Shown here piece after piece: positions 21,130-31,643 of a stretch of DNA of 64,000 nucleotides; positions within the stretch are counted from its first letter, which is position 1; every line of letters starts with the position of its first letter. A model generated the notes under the pieces. That model did not search any database. It had not been told where the DNA came from and saw only the letters and a list, made by a program, of their open reading frames with translations. The position numbers and the translations under genes are program-made. The stretch is from IMG/VR virus record IMGVR_UViG_3300042923_001406. One strand, given 5' to 3'. The DNA comes from an uncultured virus (IMG/VR IMGVR_UViG_3300042923_001406). Its lineage: Duplodnaviria; Heunggongvirae; Uroviricota; Caudoviricetes.

Positions 21130-21520
21130 AGTTATATTATCATTATACTTAATAATATTATTATTATATATTATTATATTATTTTATATTAGTAATGGTA
21201 ATTATCTTGATATGAATATAACATATAATAATATTTTCACTTACAATACTAATACAAAAGGTACTTCTATATATGAAATAAAGGAACAAAATTCAATGAA
21301 ATGTAATTTAACTACAGTAAATAGAATAATAGATAATATGATAACTAAAGATTATTTTTATATATTAAAAGATAATTCTAATGAAAAGATATTAGATGTT
21401 ATAATATCTAATGATATAGATATGTATAGATTATTTTATAATAGATATACACGTGATTTTCTATGTATATCAAATCCTTTTTTAAAAAATTACATTCCAA
21501 TGACATATATACTTGAATAA
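21116..21520 (+). CDS. Hypothetical membrane-anchored protein
   Basis: N-terminal TM, overlaps the previous gene. Confidence 0.65.
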   Translation: MLKNKVILSLYLIILLLYIIILFYISNGNYLDMNITYNNIFTYNTNTKGTSIYEIKEQNSMKCNLTTVNRIIDNMITKDYFYILKDNSNEKILDVIISNDIDMYRLFYNRYTRDFLCISNPFLKNYIPMTYILE

Positions 21521-22070
21521 GATGGAGTTGCGTAATTCCATCAGAATAATTTTAAGGGAGTTTGTTTATATGAAAACAATTACAGTAGGAGATGGTTATA
21601 AGTCTTTAGATGAATTTTTATCTATATTCGACGAAACAACTAATATCAAAGATGTTCATTTAACTTGTTATCAATCAGGTTGTCCAGTTTATGTCATAAG
21701 AAATTTAGAAAATAAAATATTTATACAATGGCATCCAAGTAAGATTGATAATGATAATTATTTTAAAATGAAAATTGATGAATATGGAAGATTAATATTA
21801 TTTACAGAAGATATTGATAATATTGAACTACCATTTTCACCCATAGAAGATTATTATAAAGATTTATTAGTTAAAACTTTATTGGGTAAAGATAATGTCT
21901 TTGATGAAAAGTACAAGGTTTGGGAAAGAAAGAATGAAAACAATATGAAAATAGAAGTTAAAGTAGATAAAGATTTTAATTTAAATACATTTGGTATAAA
22001 AAACCCTGATATAAATACTTTAAATAATAAGATTAAAAATATGGTAAAAACAGATTATTTAGGAAGTTAA
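21513..22070 (+). CDS. Hypothetical protein (true start probably the ATG at 21570)
   Basis: AAGGGAG RBS precedes MKTITVG. Confidence 0.7.
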   Translation: MNKMELRNSIRIILREFVYMKTITVGDGYKSLDEFLSIFDETTNIKDVHLTCYQSGCPVYVIRNLENKIFIQWHPSKIDNDNYFKMKIDEYGRLILFTEDIDNIELPFSPIEDYYKDLLVKTLLGKDNVFDEKYKVWERKNENNMKIEVKVDKDFNLNTFGIKNPDINTLNNKIKNMVKTDYLGS

Positions 22071-22084
22071 GAGGTGATTTATAA

Positions 22085-22372
22085 ATGGAATATGTTTATT
22101 ATATAATGAATTCAATTTATAAATTTCTTGAAAATTTCTTTAACACATTCACAATAGTATCAGGTAAAGAAACACTTAAAGTTTTATATTTTAGTTTATT
22201 ATATTTGTTTATTTCATTAATTTCTGAAATAACTAATTTATATTCATTTTCCTCAGTGGGTTCTTCTTTATTAGCTGTTATTATTTTAATATTATTAAAT
22301 TCAATATCAGTTATACAAAGAAAAGACATAGAAAATTTTAAGAAATTATTGAAAGGAGATAATGATGAATAA
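22085..22372 (+). CDS. Small membrane protein
   Basis: Two hydrophobic segments, GAGGTG RBS. Confidence 0.7.
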   Translation: MEYVYYIMNSIYKFLENFFNTFTIVSGKETLKVLYFSLLYLFISLISEITNLYSFSSVGSSLLAVIILILLNSISVIQRKDIENFKKLLKGDNDE

Positions 22373-22787
22373 AGAAGGTAAAGATTTAATAATGTGTGTT
22401 AATATACTAAATAGAGTTGAATCTATGTTAGAGGTCGAAACAAGAATACAAATTTCTAATGATAAACTCAAAAGTATAGAAGAATATCTTACTAAAGCAA
22501 TGAAACATATAAATCCAAGTAATAAACTTTTTAGTAGTCAATTAATGATTTTTGGAAATACAATAGAATCTATATATAGTTTATTACAAGATGGTAATTT
22601 ATATGCTTTAAATAATGATACAAAACAATATTTAGTGGATAAATTATATCCTGCTATAATAGAATTTAAAGTTAATGTGGGTAAATTTTTAACTTATAAT
22701 GAATTTGAATATACTCCTTCTATGGATAGTATTTTAAAAGATATTATAGATTTATGTATTCAAAATAAATATTATTTTGAATATTAG
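22362..22787 (+). CDS. Hypothetical protein
   Basis: AAGGAG RBS. Confidence 0.7.
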   Translation: MMNKEGKDLIMCVNILNRVESMLEVETRIQISNDKLKSIEEYLTKAMKHINPSNKLFSSQLMIFGNTIESIYSLLQDGNLYALNNDTKQYLVDKLYPAIIEFKVNVGKFLTYNEFEYTPSMDSILKDIIDLCIQNKYYFEY

Positions 22788-22799
22788 AAAGGAGTTTAT

Positions 22800-23348
22800 A
22801 TGAGTAATAAAGAAATAAGATTTATACATGATTTTTATGGAGTAATAAATGAAATAGAAGTAGCTTTATGTATAGATGGTGAAGATTATGCATCCAGAGA
22901 TATAGATATAGCTACTTCTAGAATAATAAAAAGATTACAAAGAAACTATTCTATAGATTTTAATATAAATAATATGAATAATGTATATTTTGGAAGTTCA
23001 TTGGGTGATGAAACTAAAATATTTTTAGATAATATTAAATTTTTATATGATAGAATAAGTGGATGTTCACATTATTTTAGATATATAGGACAAATACCAA
23101 TAAATTTGTCAAAAATAAATTATTTAGGTATAACTAAAGAATCTATGTTAGGTGTACTTAAACTATTACAATGTGAGGGTAAACATAATTCTATGAGTAA
23201 TGCTATGGAACAAATAAAATCAAAGATAGGTACTATTTCTATGTCAACAGAAAAGAAACTATATATGATTTTATATATTTCATATATATTAGAATTATAT
23301 GAGTTAACTGCAGTTATTGCAGAAATATTATATTTAGGTGGTATTTAA
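22800..23348 (+). CDS. Hypothetical protein
   Basis: AAGGAG RBS. Confidence 0.75.
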   Translation: MSNKEIRFIHDFYGVINEIEVALCIDGEDYASRDIDIATSRIIKRLQRNYSIDFNINNMNNVYFGSSLGDETKIFLDNIKFLYDRISGCSHYFRYIGQIPINLSKINYLGITKESMLGVLKLLQCEGKHNSMSNAMEQIKSKIGTISMSTEKKLYMILYISYILELYELTAVIAEILYLGGI

Positions 23349-23712
23349 TATGAAATTATTAATAGTACCAGAATTAACAGAAGATAGTTTAATAAATGCT
23401 AATCCAGATGAAAAAGTAATAGATTATAAAATGTTTAATTCTTTAGAATTTCATCCATTTATAGCAACTAATACTTGGGATAAAGTAATAATTAAATTAA
23501 AACAAGGTTTAATGTCTGGGTATATAAAACAGTTATTATCTAAAAACAATATAATAGAAGTAATATTAGATAGTAATACAGAAATAAACTATGATTTAAT
23601 AAATAAATTAATTGAAGTATTTCCTAATAAATCTACTGATATAAGAAGATTATATATTAGTAAAAAAGATATAACACAATTATTAAAAGAAGTAGGTGTT
23701 ACATTTGTCTAA
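23338..23712 (+). CDS. Hypothetical protein (start probably the ATG at 23350)
   Basis: Translationally coupled ORF, AGGTGG RBS. Confidence 0.65.
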   Translation: MVFNMKLLIVPELTEDSLINANPDEKVIDYKMFNSLEFHPFIATNTWDKVIIKLKQGLMSGYIKQLLSKNNIIEVILDSNTEINYDLINKLIEVFPNKSTDIRRLYISKKDITQLLKEVGVTFV

Positions 23713-24352
23713 AGAGGAAAAATGTCTAAAATGTGGAAATACCGGTATACAGGTAGATGGAAGTAAATGTGATTGTAAAAAACATGGAGAAATAAGTTTA
23801 CCAATAGTTATAGAAATTCCTTCTATATACCAAACATCAGATTTTTCTACAGAAATGATACCTATAAAAATGCCAAGGGTATATGGAATAGAATTGGAAG
23901 ATATAATAAATATAATTAAATCTAAAGGTAGATTTACTCATAATATATTAATATGTTCTCCACCTAATACAGGTAAAACTGTTTTTGCATATACTATTTA
24001 TAGATATCAATATGTAAATGGAATACAGATGCCAGAATTAGTAGATTTAATAGAAGCAAAGGAATTAATTAGTTCAAATTCATTTGATGAGATAATTCAA
24101 AAAGAAAAGACTAAATTAATAGAAAACAGTATAGCTATTATAAAATTACCATTAGATTTACCTAATAAATTTGCTGAAACAATGTCAACAATTTTAGAAA
24201 GAAGAGTAAGAAAAAATGGTAATACTATATTTTTATATGGTGGTAGTATACAAGATTTACAGAATCAAGATAGATTTGGTGTTTTAAATAATATAATAAG
24301 AGATGGTAGTTATAATTCAATAAAAGTTATAAATTATCAGTATCAAAGTTAG
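23696..24352 (+). CDS. DnaC/DnaI/IstB-like AAA+ helicase loader with an N-terminal Zn motif
   Basis: CLKCGNTG...CDC; Walker A-like SPPNTGKT; ILERR; near a DnaB-like helicase. Confidence 0.7.
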   Translation: MLHLSKEEKCLKCGNTGIQVDGSKCDCKKHGEISLPIVIEIPSIYQTSDFSTEMIPIKMPRVYGIELEDIINIIKSKGRFTHNILICSPPNTGKTVFAYTIYRYQYVNGIQMPELVDLIEAKELISSNSFDEIIQKEKTKLIENSIAIIKLPLDLPNKFAETMSTILERRVRKNGNTIFLYGGSIQDLQNQDRFGVLNNIIRDGSYNSIKVINYQYQS

Positions 24353-24363
24353 GGGATTATATT

Positions 24364-24621
24364 ATGAAATACATAATTATAATTAGTGTTATAATTTTAT
24401 TTTATATTATTATAATTTTAGTAAGTTATAAACAAAAGTACAATCAACTCATGTTTAAGAAAGTTAATAGGTTATTAAGTAATAAATATACTATTAAATT
24501 AAATAATAATATAATTAATAATGTAAATTTTCTTAAAGATAGTGCTGTAAATTATAATATTACTATGAATAAGAAGAATAAGGTTATAAATATATTAAAT
24601 AAAAATACAAAAGGTAGGTGA
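24364..24621 (+). CDS. Small membrane-anchored protein
   Basis: N-terminal TM, AGGGG RBS. Confidence 0.6.
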   Translation: MKYIIIISVIILFYIIIILVSYKQKYNQLMFKKVNRLLSNKYTIKLNNNIINNVNFLKDSAVNYNITMNKKNKVINILNKNTKGR

Positions 24622-24627
24622 GTTTAA

Positions 24628-25113
24628 TTGAATTTAGATTTATATACAGATGGTTCTTATTTTAAAAACAAACCTAATACAACGTATGGTGGAATTGTTA
24701 TTGTAAATAAAGATACTAATGAATTATTAGAGGTAAGAAGAGTTTTAACGTGTAAACCTGAATTTACTAAAATGAATAATGCTGGTGGAGAGGTAATAGC
24801 AGCTTGGATAGGAATGTTTAATGCAAGTTCCTTGTGTAATAAAGAAGAAGATAGTACTATTAGAGTGTTTTATGATTACAAAGGGGTAAGAGAATTTCTT
24901 AGTGGTGGTAGTTATGTGGCAGGAAAGTCAGGTAATTTACAGTATGTACACGCATTTAATTTAATAAAGAAAAATAATCCTAAAATTAAATTTGACTTTA
25001 TTAAAGTTAAGTCACATTCTGGTAATAGATATAATGATTTAGCAGATTCTATTGCTAAGGGATATTCAGCTGGACCATGTTCTTATGCTTTAAAAGATGA
25101 AATAGAATTGTAG
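24628..25113 (+). CDS. rnhA: Ribonuclease HI
   Basis: YTDGS, GEVIAA, YDYKG, KVKSHSGNRYNDLAD: complete DEDD catalytic set. Confidence 0.9.
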   Translation: MNLDLYTDGSYFKNKPNTTYGGIVIVNKDTNELLEVRRVLTCKPEFTKMNNAGGEVIAAWIGMFNASSLCNKEEDSTIRVFYDYKGVREFLSGGSYVAGKSGNLQYVHAFNLIKKNNPKIKFDFIKVKSHSGNRYNDLADSIAKGYSAGPCSYALKDEIEL

Positions 25114-25122
25114 GTAATACTC

Positions 25123-25740
25123 ATGTTAAGAATTATTTTATATTACATTAAAAAGTTAAGATATTTTATAGTATTATTAATATTAGCGTTATTTATTATC
25201 TCAATAATATTAACTAATAATAAAGAACTTATAAATATTTTTGAAAAGTTTAATAATAAAGAAACTTTTAGACCTATAAATGTAGTAGAAGAAAAATTAG
25301 ATGAAAAAACACTTAAAGATTTAGAATTTAATCAATCTTATATGTATAACTCTCTTAAACCATTCATCCCTGATAATTTAGATGAATATGAAGAGAGAGA
25401 TTATTTAAATAAATTAAAAGAAGATAAAGATTTTATGTACAAAAAACAAATAGATTGGTCAAGTGGTTCTTTAACTTATGATGAATTAAAAGAACTAATA
25501 GAACTAGTAGGATATCATTTAAATAAACTAAATGATGGTATTAATAAAATAGTAGAAATACCTACTAAAGAGCAATTAAAAGAAAATAAACAACAAGTTA
25601 TTTATTATATAGAATCAGATGGTACTATGAATATAAATATTTTTATAAAAGAGATAGATAAAAGTGAGGAAATACAAGTTTTATATTTATATACATTTAA
25701 GTTAAAATATGATTTATATGGTAAAATTACAATAAGTTAA
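25123..25740 (+). CDS. Hypothetical membrane-anchored protein
   Basis: N-terminal TM. Confidence 0.7.
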   Translation: MLRIILYYIKKLRYFIVLLILALFIISIILTNNKELINIFEKFNNKETFRPINVVEEKLDEKTLKDLEFNQSYMYNSLKPFIPDNLDEYEERDYLNKLKEDKDFMYKKQIDWSSGSLTYDELKELIELVGYHLNKLNDGINKIVEIPTKEQLKENKQQVIYYIESDGTMNINIFIKEIDKSEEIQVLYLYTFKLKYDLYGKITIS

Positions 25741-25804
25741 TAGAAGAGAGGTTTAAGAGTGGAGTCATATCTTAAATATTATAATAAGACTGGAGACTTC
25801 TATT

Positions 25805-27241
25805 ATGGATAAAATATTTAAGTATTTTATTATAGATGGGAAATATACAATACAGTACATATCATGGTTTGTGGAGTGTTTTCCAGTCTCAGAGTTTTCA
25901 GGTATAAATAAGGTATTATATTTATTTTTAGAGTATTGTTCTACTCTAGGAATAGTCGCTAAAAGAAAGTATTTAGAAATATTTCTTAAAACTGATTTAA
26001 AGAAATTAGTTAGAGAATATAATATAAGATTAGATTTATTAACAGCTAATTATAATTATGACGAAATTGCTGCATTTGCACAAGCTGTACAGACTATATC
26101 TACTACTTGTATGGATACTTTTGATGCTTACTCTTCTGAAATAGATACTGAAGATAATTTTAAAGTATTAATGACAGAGTTTATAAATAATAATCTTAAA
26201 GATAGAATACAACAAACTTTTCAAGAACAGTTTGTTAAGATGAATCAAGGATATGATATGATTGATGTTGCAGAAGAAACAACTATAACATTAGATTCAA
26301 TAAGAGATATTTATAACATGGATATTTTAGAAGATTTAGATTTTTTAATTCAAGGAGAATCTTTAAATAAAGATTCTAGTAAGGATAAAGCAAGATTAAT
26401 AGCAAAAACTGGTATTCCAGCAATAGATAATGATTATGGTGGTATATTTTCTAAAGCCTTAATAACTATGGCTGGACAACCAGGTAGTGGCAAAACAAGA
26501 TTTTTATTAGCTATTTTTGTTTATATGGCATTAGTTAGATATAAAGTAGGAGTATATTTTGATGAATTAGAATTACAAGATTATGAAATTAGAAATATAT
26601 TGGTATCTGTACATATAGCTAATTTATATAAAATAAAAATACCAGATAGAGATATAAATAGAGATGATTTATCAGATGAACAGAAAAAGATAGTTGCCTC
26701 TGCTAGAATAGATTTATTTGAGTCTGGTAAGTATGGTAGATTTATATTACATGCTAAAGCTGATTCAGATGTAATTGTAGAGAAAGTAAAGAATAAAATG
26801 TTAAGTTTTTTAAAGCTTAATAGAGATATACAAATATGGTGTGTAGATTATATAGGATTAGTAGTATCTAATCCTGCTAATAAATATGAACGACTTATAT
26901 TACCAGAGATAATAGATAAAATGTTAAGAATAGGTAAAAAGATAGCTAAAAAAGCTGATATAGCAGTTATTTTTATAAATCAATATAATGATGAAGGAAA
27001 TAAAGCTGCTTTTGCGGGTAAACCTGTAACAGTTGGTATGATACAAGGTGGTCAGGCAGTACAAAGACATTCTGATTATGATTTAGCAATGACATATACA
27101 GAAGAACAGCAAATAGCTGGACTAAGAATGTTAAGTACTACTAAAGATAGAGCATCTGTTGGATTTAGATTTGTACCAGTACAAACGGATTTAGCTATAA
27201 GTAGATTTACTCAAATAAATAAATTAGAACAGAGAGGATAA
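25805..27241 (+). CDS. dnaB: DnaB-like (SF4) replicative helicase
   Basis: TGIPAID, AGQPGSGKT, VDYIGL, FINQYN, HSD, TKDR: SF4 motifs H1-H4. Confidence 0.85.
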   Translation: MDKIFKYFIIDGKYTIQYISWFVECFPVSEFSGINKVLYLFLEYCSTLGIVAKRKYLEIFLKTDLKKLVREYNIRLDLLTANYNYDEIAAFAQAVQTISTTCMDTFDAYSSEIDTEDNFKVLMTEFINNNLKDRIQQTFQEQFVKMNQGYDMIDVAEETTITLDSIRDIYNMDILEDLDFLIQGESLNKDSSKDKARLIAKTGIPAIDNDYGGIFSKALITMAGQPGSGKTRFLLAIFVYMALVRYKVGVYFDELELQDYEIRNILVSVHIANLYKIKIPDRDINRDDLSDEQKKIVASARIDLFESGKYGRFILHAKADSDVIVEKVKNKMLSFLKLNRDIQIWCVDYIGLVVSNPANKYERLILPEIIDKMLRIGKKIAKKADIAVIFINQYNDEGNKAAFAGKPVTVGMIQGGQAVQRHSDYDLAMTYTEEQQIAGLRMLSTTKDRASVGFRFVPVQTDLAISRFTQINKLEQRG

Positions 27242-27246
27242 TAATT

Positions 27247-27780
27247 ATGAGTAGACGTATTATAGATAGTGTTGTAGTAGAAGCACTAGATAAGAATAAT
27301 GACCTCAAAGTTAAACAAGATGTAATAAATATATTTGGAGAAGCTACTTTAGTAGAAGAACCTAAAACTGAAAGTTTTAATTTTGATAAATCTCAATTTG
27401 GATTAACTAATTTTAATATAAGTAATAGTATAAAAAAATTAAAAAAAGAATTTACTTTAAATTCAATAGATAATCATTTTATTTTAGTTGATTCTGATAT
27501 GTTTAAACATAAAATAAGTTCCGATGAATTGACTCTTTTAAAAACACTTACCTATTATAGAGCTATATGTAATAACAGTTTAGCTGAATGTATAAGTATA
27601 ATTTTAAATGAAATAGATAGTTTTTATAAATGTGGTTCTGTTAAAAAAGAAAATGATACAGTTTTTATTGAAACAGAAAATAGTGGAGATATAAATATAA
27701 TAAGTAATACTAACTTATTAAATTATTGTAGAGAAGAAATATATTCTCTATTTAAAGAAGTTGGTGTGATAATTGAGTGA
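27247..27780 (+). CDS. Hypothetical protein
   Basis: GAGG RBS. Confidence 0.7.
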   Translation: MSRRIIDSVVVEALDKNNDLKVKQDVINIFGEATLVEEPKTESFNFDKSQFGLTNFNISNSIKKLKKEFTLNSIDNHFILVDSDMFKHKISSDELTLLKTLTYYRAICNNSLAECISIILNEIDSFYKCGSVKKENDTVFIETENSGDINIISNTNLLNYCREEIYSLFKEVGVIIE

Positions 27781-28249
27781 TGTTAAACAACATATAACAG
27801 TACCACAGTATGTAACTAAATTTATAAATTCTAAAATAAATTTAAACGAAACTAATAAAATTTGTTGTCCATTTCATAAAGAAGATACACCTTCATTTTC
27901 ATTTAACACTTCAACAGGAAGATGGAGATGTTTTGGTGCCTGTAAAACAGGCGGAGATGTTATAGATTTACATAAAATGAATTATAAGATACCTAATAAA
28001 GTAGAAGCAGAAAAATCTTTATGTAATTTGTTAGGTATAAGTTATAATAAAATAAATGTAATAAAAGATAATGAACCTGTTTTATTAAATGAAGAATCTA
28101 TAGAATTAGATAGAATATATAATTTATGTCTTTTAAATGCTAATTGTATTGAAAGATGGTTAGATATGGATTATGTAATGTCTATTTATCCTGTAGATAT
28201 TACTCGTTTAAAAGATTTATTAAATAAATGGGGAGTGAGATATGGTTAA
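27773..28249 (+). CDS. CHC2 zinc-finger protein (DnaG primase zinc-binding domain without TOPRIM)
   Basis: CCPFHKEDTPSF...WRCFGACKTGGDVI; only 158 aa. Confidence 0.85.
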   Translation: MSDVKQHITVPQYVTKFINSKINLNETNKICCPFHKEDTPSFSFNTSTGRWRCFGACKTGGDVIDLHKMNYKIPNKVEAEKSLCNLLGISYNKINVIKDNEPVLLNEESIELDRIYNLCLLNANCIERWLDMDYVMSIYPVDITRLKDLLNKWGVRYG

Positions 28250-28625
28250 TACAATAAATGATTTTAATATGATTTCACTAAATTCTAAATCTATAGAAGA
28301 TAAAACGACAATAGTAAATTATGCCTCATTAGGTTACTTTCATTCAGCTTATATAAATTCACTTAATGTAAATAATAAGTGTACTAATATAGTTGAAAAT
28401 AAAGGAGATATAAAACATGTCTTGCTAGATTATGGTAACTATATATGTATAAAGTTAGCAGATTTTAGTAGAAATCAAAAAATAGATATATTATTTAAGG
28501 TAAATAAAGATATAAATGACATTTTAATAAAAGAGTTAATAACATTAACTAATACATTAATTGAAGGATTTAATATAGACAATCCAGATTGTTTTGTAAA
28601 ATTTAATGTTTATACAGTAGTTTAA
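28242..28625 (+). CDS. Hypothetical protein
   Basis: GGGAG RBS, coupled to the previous gene. Confidence 0.7.
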   Translation: MVNTINDFNMISLNSKSIEDKTTIVNYASLGYFHSAYINSLNVNNKCTNIVENKGDIKHVLLDYGNYICIKLADFSRNQKIDILFKVNKDINDILIKELITLTNTLIEGFNIDNPDCFVKFNVYTVV

Positions 28626-28645
28626 GAATACAGGAGTAAAATAAT

Positions 28646-29560
28646 ATGAATGTTTCTTTAGATAAGAAATTAATTACAAATATAAGTTCATTACAATCAA
28701 TGTTTAATGGTAAATCAATAATAATATCAATAGATTCTTCTAAGACTAATACTGCTATAATGATTTGGTCTAGAACCTTCAAACCTTTAAATTTAATAGA
28801 GTTAGATGGGTCTAATGATAAAGATATATTAGAATTAATTAAATTACAAAGAGATTTTATAAAATCTCTATTTAATGGTTCTATTATAGTTCAAGGTGGT
28901 ATAGAAGACATTATTACTAAAAAAGAAGAAGAATCTGGTGGTAAATTTAGTGAAGGATTGAAACATCATCATTCAAGATATGTTATAACAGCAGTTTATG
29001 TTTCTATAATAGCATGTTTTCAAGATAGTCATAATATTACATTAGAGCCTATACCTAATCAGGCTTGGAAATCTGCAGTATTACCAAAAGAATTGAATAA
29101 AAGAAACATATATAAAGGTTCTGTAGATTATGTAAGAGAAAAGTATCCACAGTATGCTGTAGGATTAAAACCAGATGATGGTACAGATGCTATATGTATA
29201 GGTGAATACATGAAATTAAGAAAAGGTATATCTAAAGAAAATATAATAGAAGATATACCAGATGAACAAGAATTACTTATAAATCCTTGTAAATATAGGT
29301 TATATCCTGTAGAAACAAATTTTAAGAAAGATATAAGTATAAAATTTCAATATAATGAATCTTTATCTTTAGATATGAATGCAAGAGCTATATCTAATAG
29401 ATTAAAGAAAGGTCAGTTAGGTTTAGCAAGATTATCTATTAATGAATTATTGATAGAAGATTTATATGAACTATGTACAGTGACTAGTAATAATAAGTTT
29501 GAAGAAAAAACAACTCATTTAATGTTAGTTGTTAAAAGATTAGAGGAGATAGATATTTAA
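28646..29560 (+). CDS. RuvC-like (RNase H fold) Holliday junction resolvase with a C-terminal extension
   Basis: IISIDSSKTNTAI, GIED, PNQAWKSAV, DDGTDAICIG. Confidence 0.7.
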   Translation: MNVSLDKKLITNISSLQSMFNGKSIIISIDSSKTNTAIMIWSRTFKPLNLIELDGSNDKDILELIKLQRDFIKSLFNGSIIVQGGIEDIITKKEEESGGKFSEGLKHHHSRYVITAVYVSIIACFQDSHNITLEPIPNQAWKSAVLPKELNKRNIYKGSVDYVREKYPQYAVGLKPDDGTDAICIGEYMKLRKGISKENIIEDIPDEQELLINPCKYRLYPVETNFKKDISIKFQYNESLSLDMNARAISNRLKKGQLGLARLSINELLIEDLYELCTVTSNNKFEEKTTHLMLVVKRLEEIDI

Positions 29561-29703
29561 TGAAAATTATTGGTAACGCTACTGTAATTATTTTAATATG
29601 TTATATTCTTACTGGACTTACCACTAAGAGAAAAATATCATTTTCTATGTTAATATCAAATATTATTGTTCTAATATTATTACATTTAATATTATTACGT
29701 TAA
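29560..29703 (+). CDS. Small 47-aa two-TM protein (not in the ORF track)
   Basis: ATG overlaps the TAA of the previous gene (TAATG), GAGGAG RBS; MKIIGNATVIILICYILTGLTTKRKISFSMLISNIIVLILLHLILLR. Confidence 0.6.
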   Translation: MKIIGNATVIILICYILTGLTTKRKISFSMLISNIIVLILLHLILLR

Positions 29704-29723
29704 TATAATTACAGGAGGACAAA

Positions 29724-30836
29724 ATGAAAAGGATACTAAAGATATTTTTTATTATCTTAGTAGTTATTAGCTTAGTAGGCTCTTCTATTTTCTTATTTAT
29801 AAAAAATAATAATTTAAATAAAGCATACGAAGCAGCTACACAACAAGTAACACAATTACAATCAAAATTAGAAGCTGTTGGCACTTTCGTAGATGTATTA
29901 ACAGTAAAAACAAAAGTAAAAATGGGACAAGAAATAAAGGAAGATGATTTAGTTTTAGTAACAATACCTTCTTCGAGTGTTCCTAGTAATATTATAGTAG
30001 ATAAATCAGGACTTGTTGGTAATTATTATAGGATAGAAATAGATCCTGGAATACCATTAACTTCTAGTTTAATTACAAAAGAAGAATATATAGGTTCTGT
30101 TTATGATAGAGATATATTTTTAGATTCATTACCTATAGGAACTGCTGTTGGTGATTATGTAGATATAAGAGTTGTGTTACCTGGTGGTGATGAGTTAGTA
30201 GCTTTTCCACATAAACGTGTAAATGCTAAATTTGAAGATGCTATTAAATTTAGGTTTGATGAAGCTGATTTATGGATATACACTTCTATGATGGTTGATA
30301 GAGCTTTATATAAACATGTAGGTATGAAGATATATGCTACTAAATATAATGATCCAGGTTCACATGATAAGACTATGGCTTACTACCCAGTACGTTCTGA
30401 AGTTATAGATATAATGAATATATCCCCAAACTTAACAGATATTCAGAAATCTAAAATGTTTAACGATAATTTACGTAAAGCTATAGATACTAAGTTATCT
30501 TATTATTCTGATCCATTAAATACAGATTCAGGTAAACTAGCTTCAGGTGTTAATGATGAAGAGACTAGAGTTAAGCAAGCAGTTGCATACTATGAAACTA
30601 TTATAAGAGATTTAACAGGTGAAAATCCTAATAAACTAGAAGATCCAAATAATATTACTGAACCATCAAATGAAGATTCCCAGATAGGAACTTTAAATCC
30701 GTCAGATGTATATAATGATGGCATACAAACTGAAGGTGGTACAGATGGTTTAGGTAATAACAGTATTATACCTAAAACTGATTATTTAGATAATTTAGGT
30801 AATGATTTGAATGGGGATGAAACACCTATACAATAA
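29724..30836 (+). CDS. cpaB: Flp/Tad pilus assembly protein CpaB/RcpC-like (SAF domain)
   Basis: N-terminal TM and coiled coil; SAF-like VKMGQEIKEDDL...VP; GDYVDIRV. Confidence 0.75.
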   Translation: MKRILKIFFIILVVISLVGSSIFLFIKNNNLNKAYEAATQQVTQLQSKLEAVGTFVDVLTVKTKVKMGQEIKEDDLVLVTIPSSSVPSNIIVDKSGLVGNYYRIEIDPGIPLTSSLITKEEYIGSVYDRDIFLDSLPIGTAVGDYVDIRVVLPGGDELVAFPHKRVNAKFEDAIKFRFDEADLWIYTSMMVDRALYKHVGMKIYATKYNDPGSHDKTMAYYPVRSEVIDIMNISPNLTDIQKSKMFNDNLRKAIDTKLSYYSDPLNTDSGKLASGVNDEETRVKQAVAYYETIIRDLTGENPNKLEDPNNITEPSNEDSQIGTLNPSDVYNDGIQTEGGTDGLGNNSIIPKTDYLDNLGNDLNGDETPIQ

Positions 30837-30848
30837 GGAGGAAACAAA

Positions 30849-31643
30849 TTGAGTAAGACAGGACAAATTACTACAGTTGGAGAAGTTTCGAAAAATTCTT
30901 CTATAAGTATAAGTATAAAATCTGAGATTGATTCAAGAGTTATACTATACCCATTAATGCGGTGTCTATTATCTTTAGGAAATATCCTAATAATAAGTTC
31001 TAATAGACAAGTACAAAGACTAATAGATATGGAATTAGAAGGATATTTTAGAAATTTTCATATAGTAGTTGATACAGAAGGAAGTACTGATGATATTATA
31101 TCACAATTTGAAATAGATATAGATTCATATACTTATGTGATATATGATAATGTTGGTGTAGTTGAACAAGATAAACTAATAATAGCAATAGGACCAATTA
31201 TATCTGAGTCATTTGAAGAAGAATTAAATTACTTAGGTGAAGATAAGAACACACATATATTAAGGTTTGGAAAGCCAATAATAAAAAAGAGTTCTAAGAA
31301 GTCAGAACCTAAGAAGATTAAAAAAGATTTATCAGATGAGGAAGTAGATGAATTATCTACAAATAAATTTAAAGTTAAGAAAGAAGATATAACTGTTAAA
31401 TTAAAGAAGTTACCTAATTTAAAATTTCCTACATTTGAAAATATAGAATTATTTGAAAGTGATAAAAAGTTTTATCAAGTAGATACTAATTTTATAAAGT
31501 TCTTTTATGCAATATTCCAAAATTATATAGGTATTAAAGAGCCTTTCTTTATAAAGGAGGTGACTAAGAGAGATGAAAATAGCAGTAGTATCAACCAAAG
31601 GAATGCAAGTGGGGAAAACAACATTATCATTGATGCTGAGTAA
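30849..31643 (+). CDS. Hypothetical Tad-locus protein, possible degenerate ParA-like fold
   Basis: Between cpaB and a ParA-like gene; LGNILIISSN...YVIYDN; AAGGAGG RBS. Confidence 0.5.
   Translation: MSKTGQITTVGEVSKNSSISISIKSEIDSRVILYPLMRCLLSLGNILIISSNRQVQRLIDMELEGYFRNFHIVVDTEGSTDDIISQFEIDIDSYTYVIYDNVGVVEQDKLIIAIGPIISESFEEELNYLGEDKNTHILRFGKPIIKKSSKKSEPKKIKKDLSDEEVDELSTNKFKVKKEDITVKLKKLPNLKFPTFENIELFESDKKFYQVDTNFIKFFYAIFQNYIGIKEPFFIKEVTKRDENSSSINQRNASGENNIIIDAE

Noticed and set aside
28646..29560. TnpB/Cas12-like or transposase RuvC nuclease
   Set aside because: Compact resolvase-like motif spacing at the N-terminus, no Zn ribbon, no IS ends, replication-gene context
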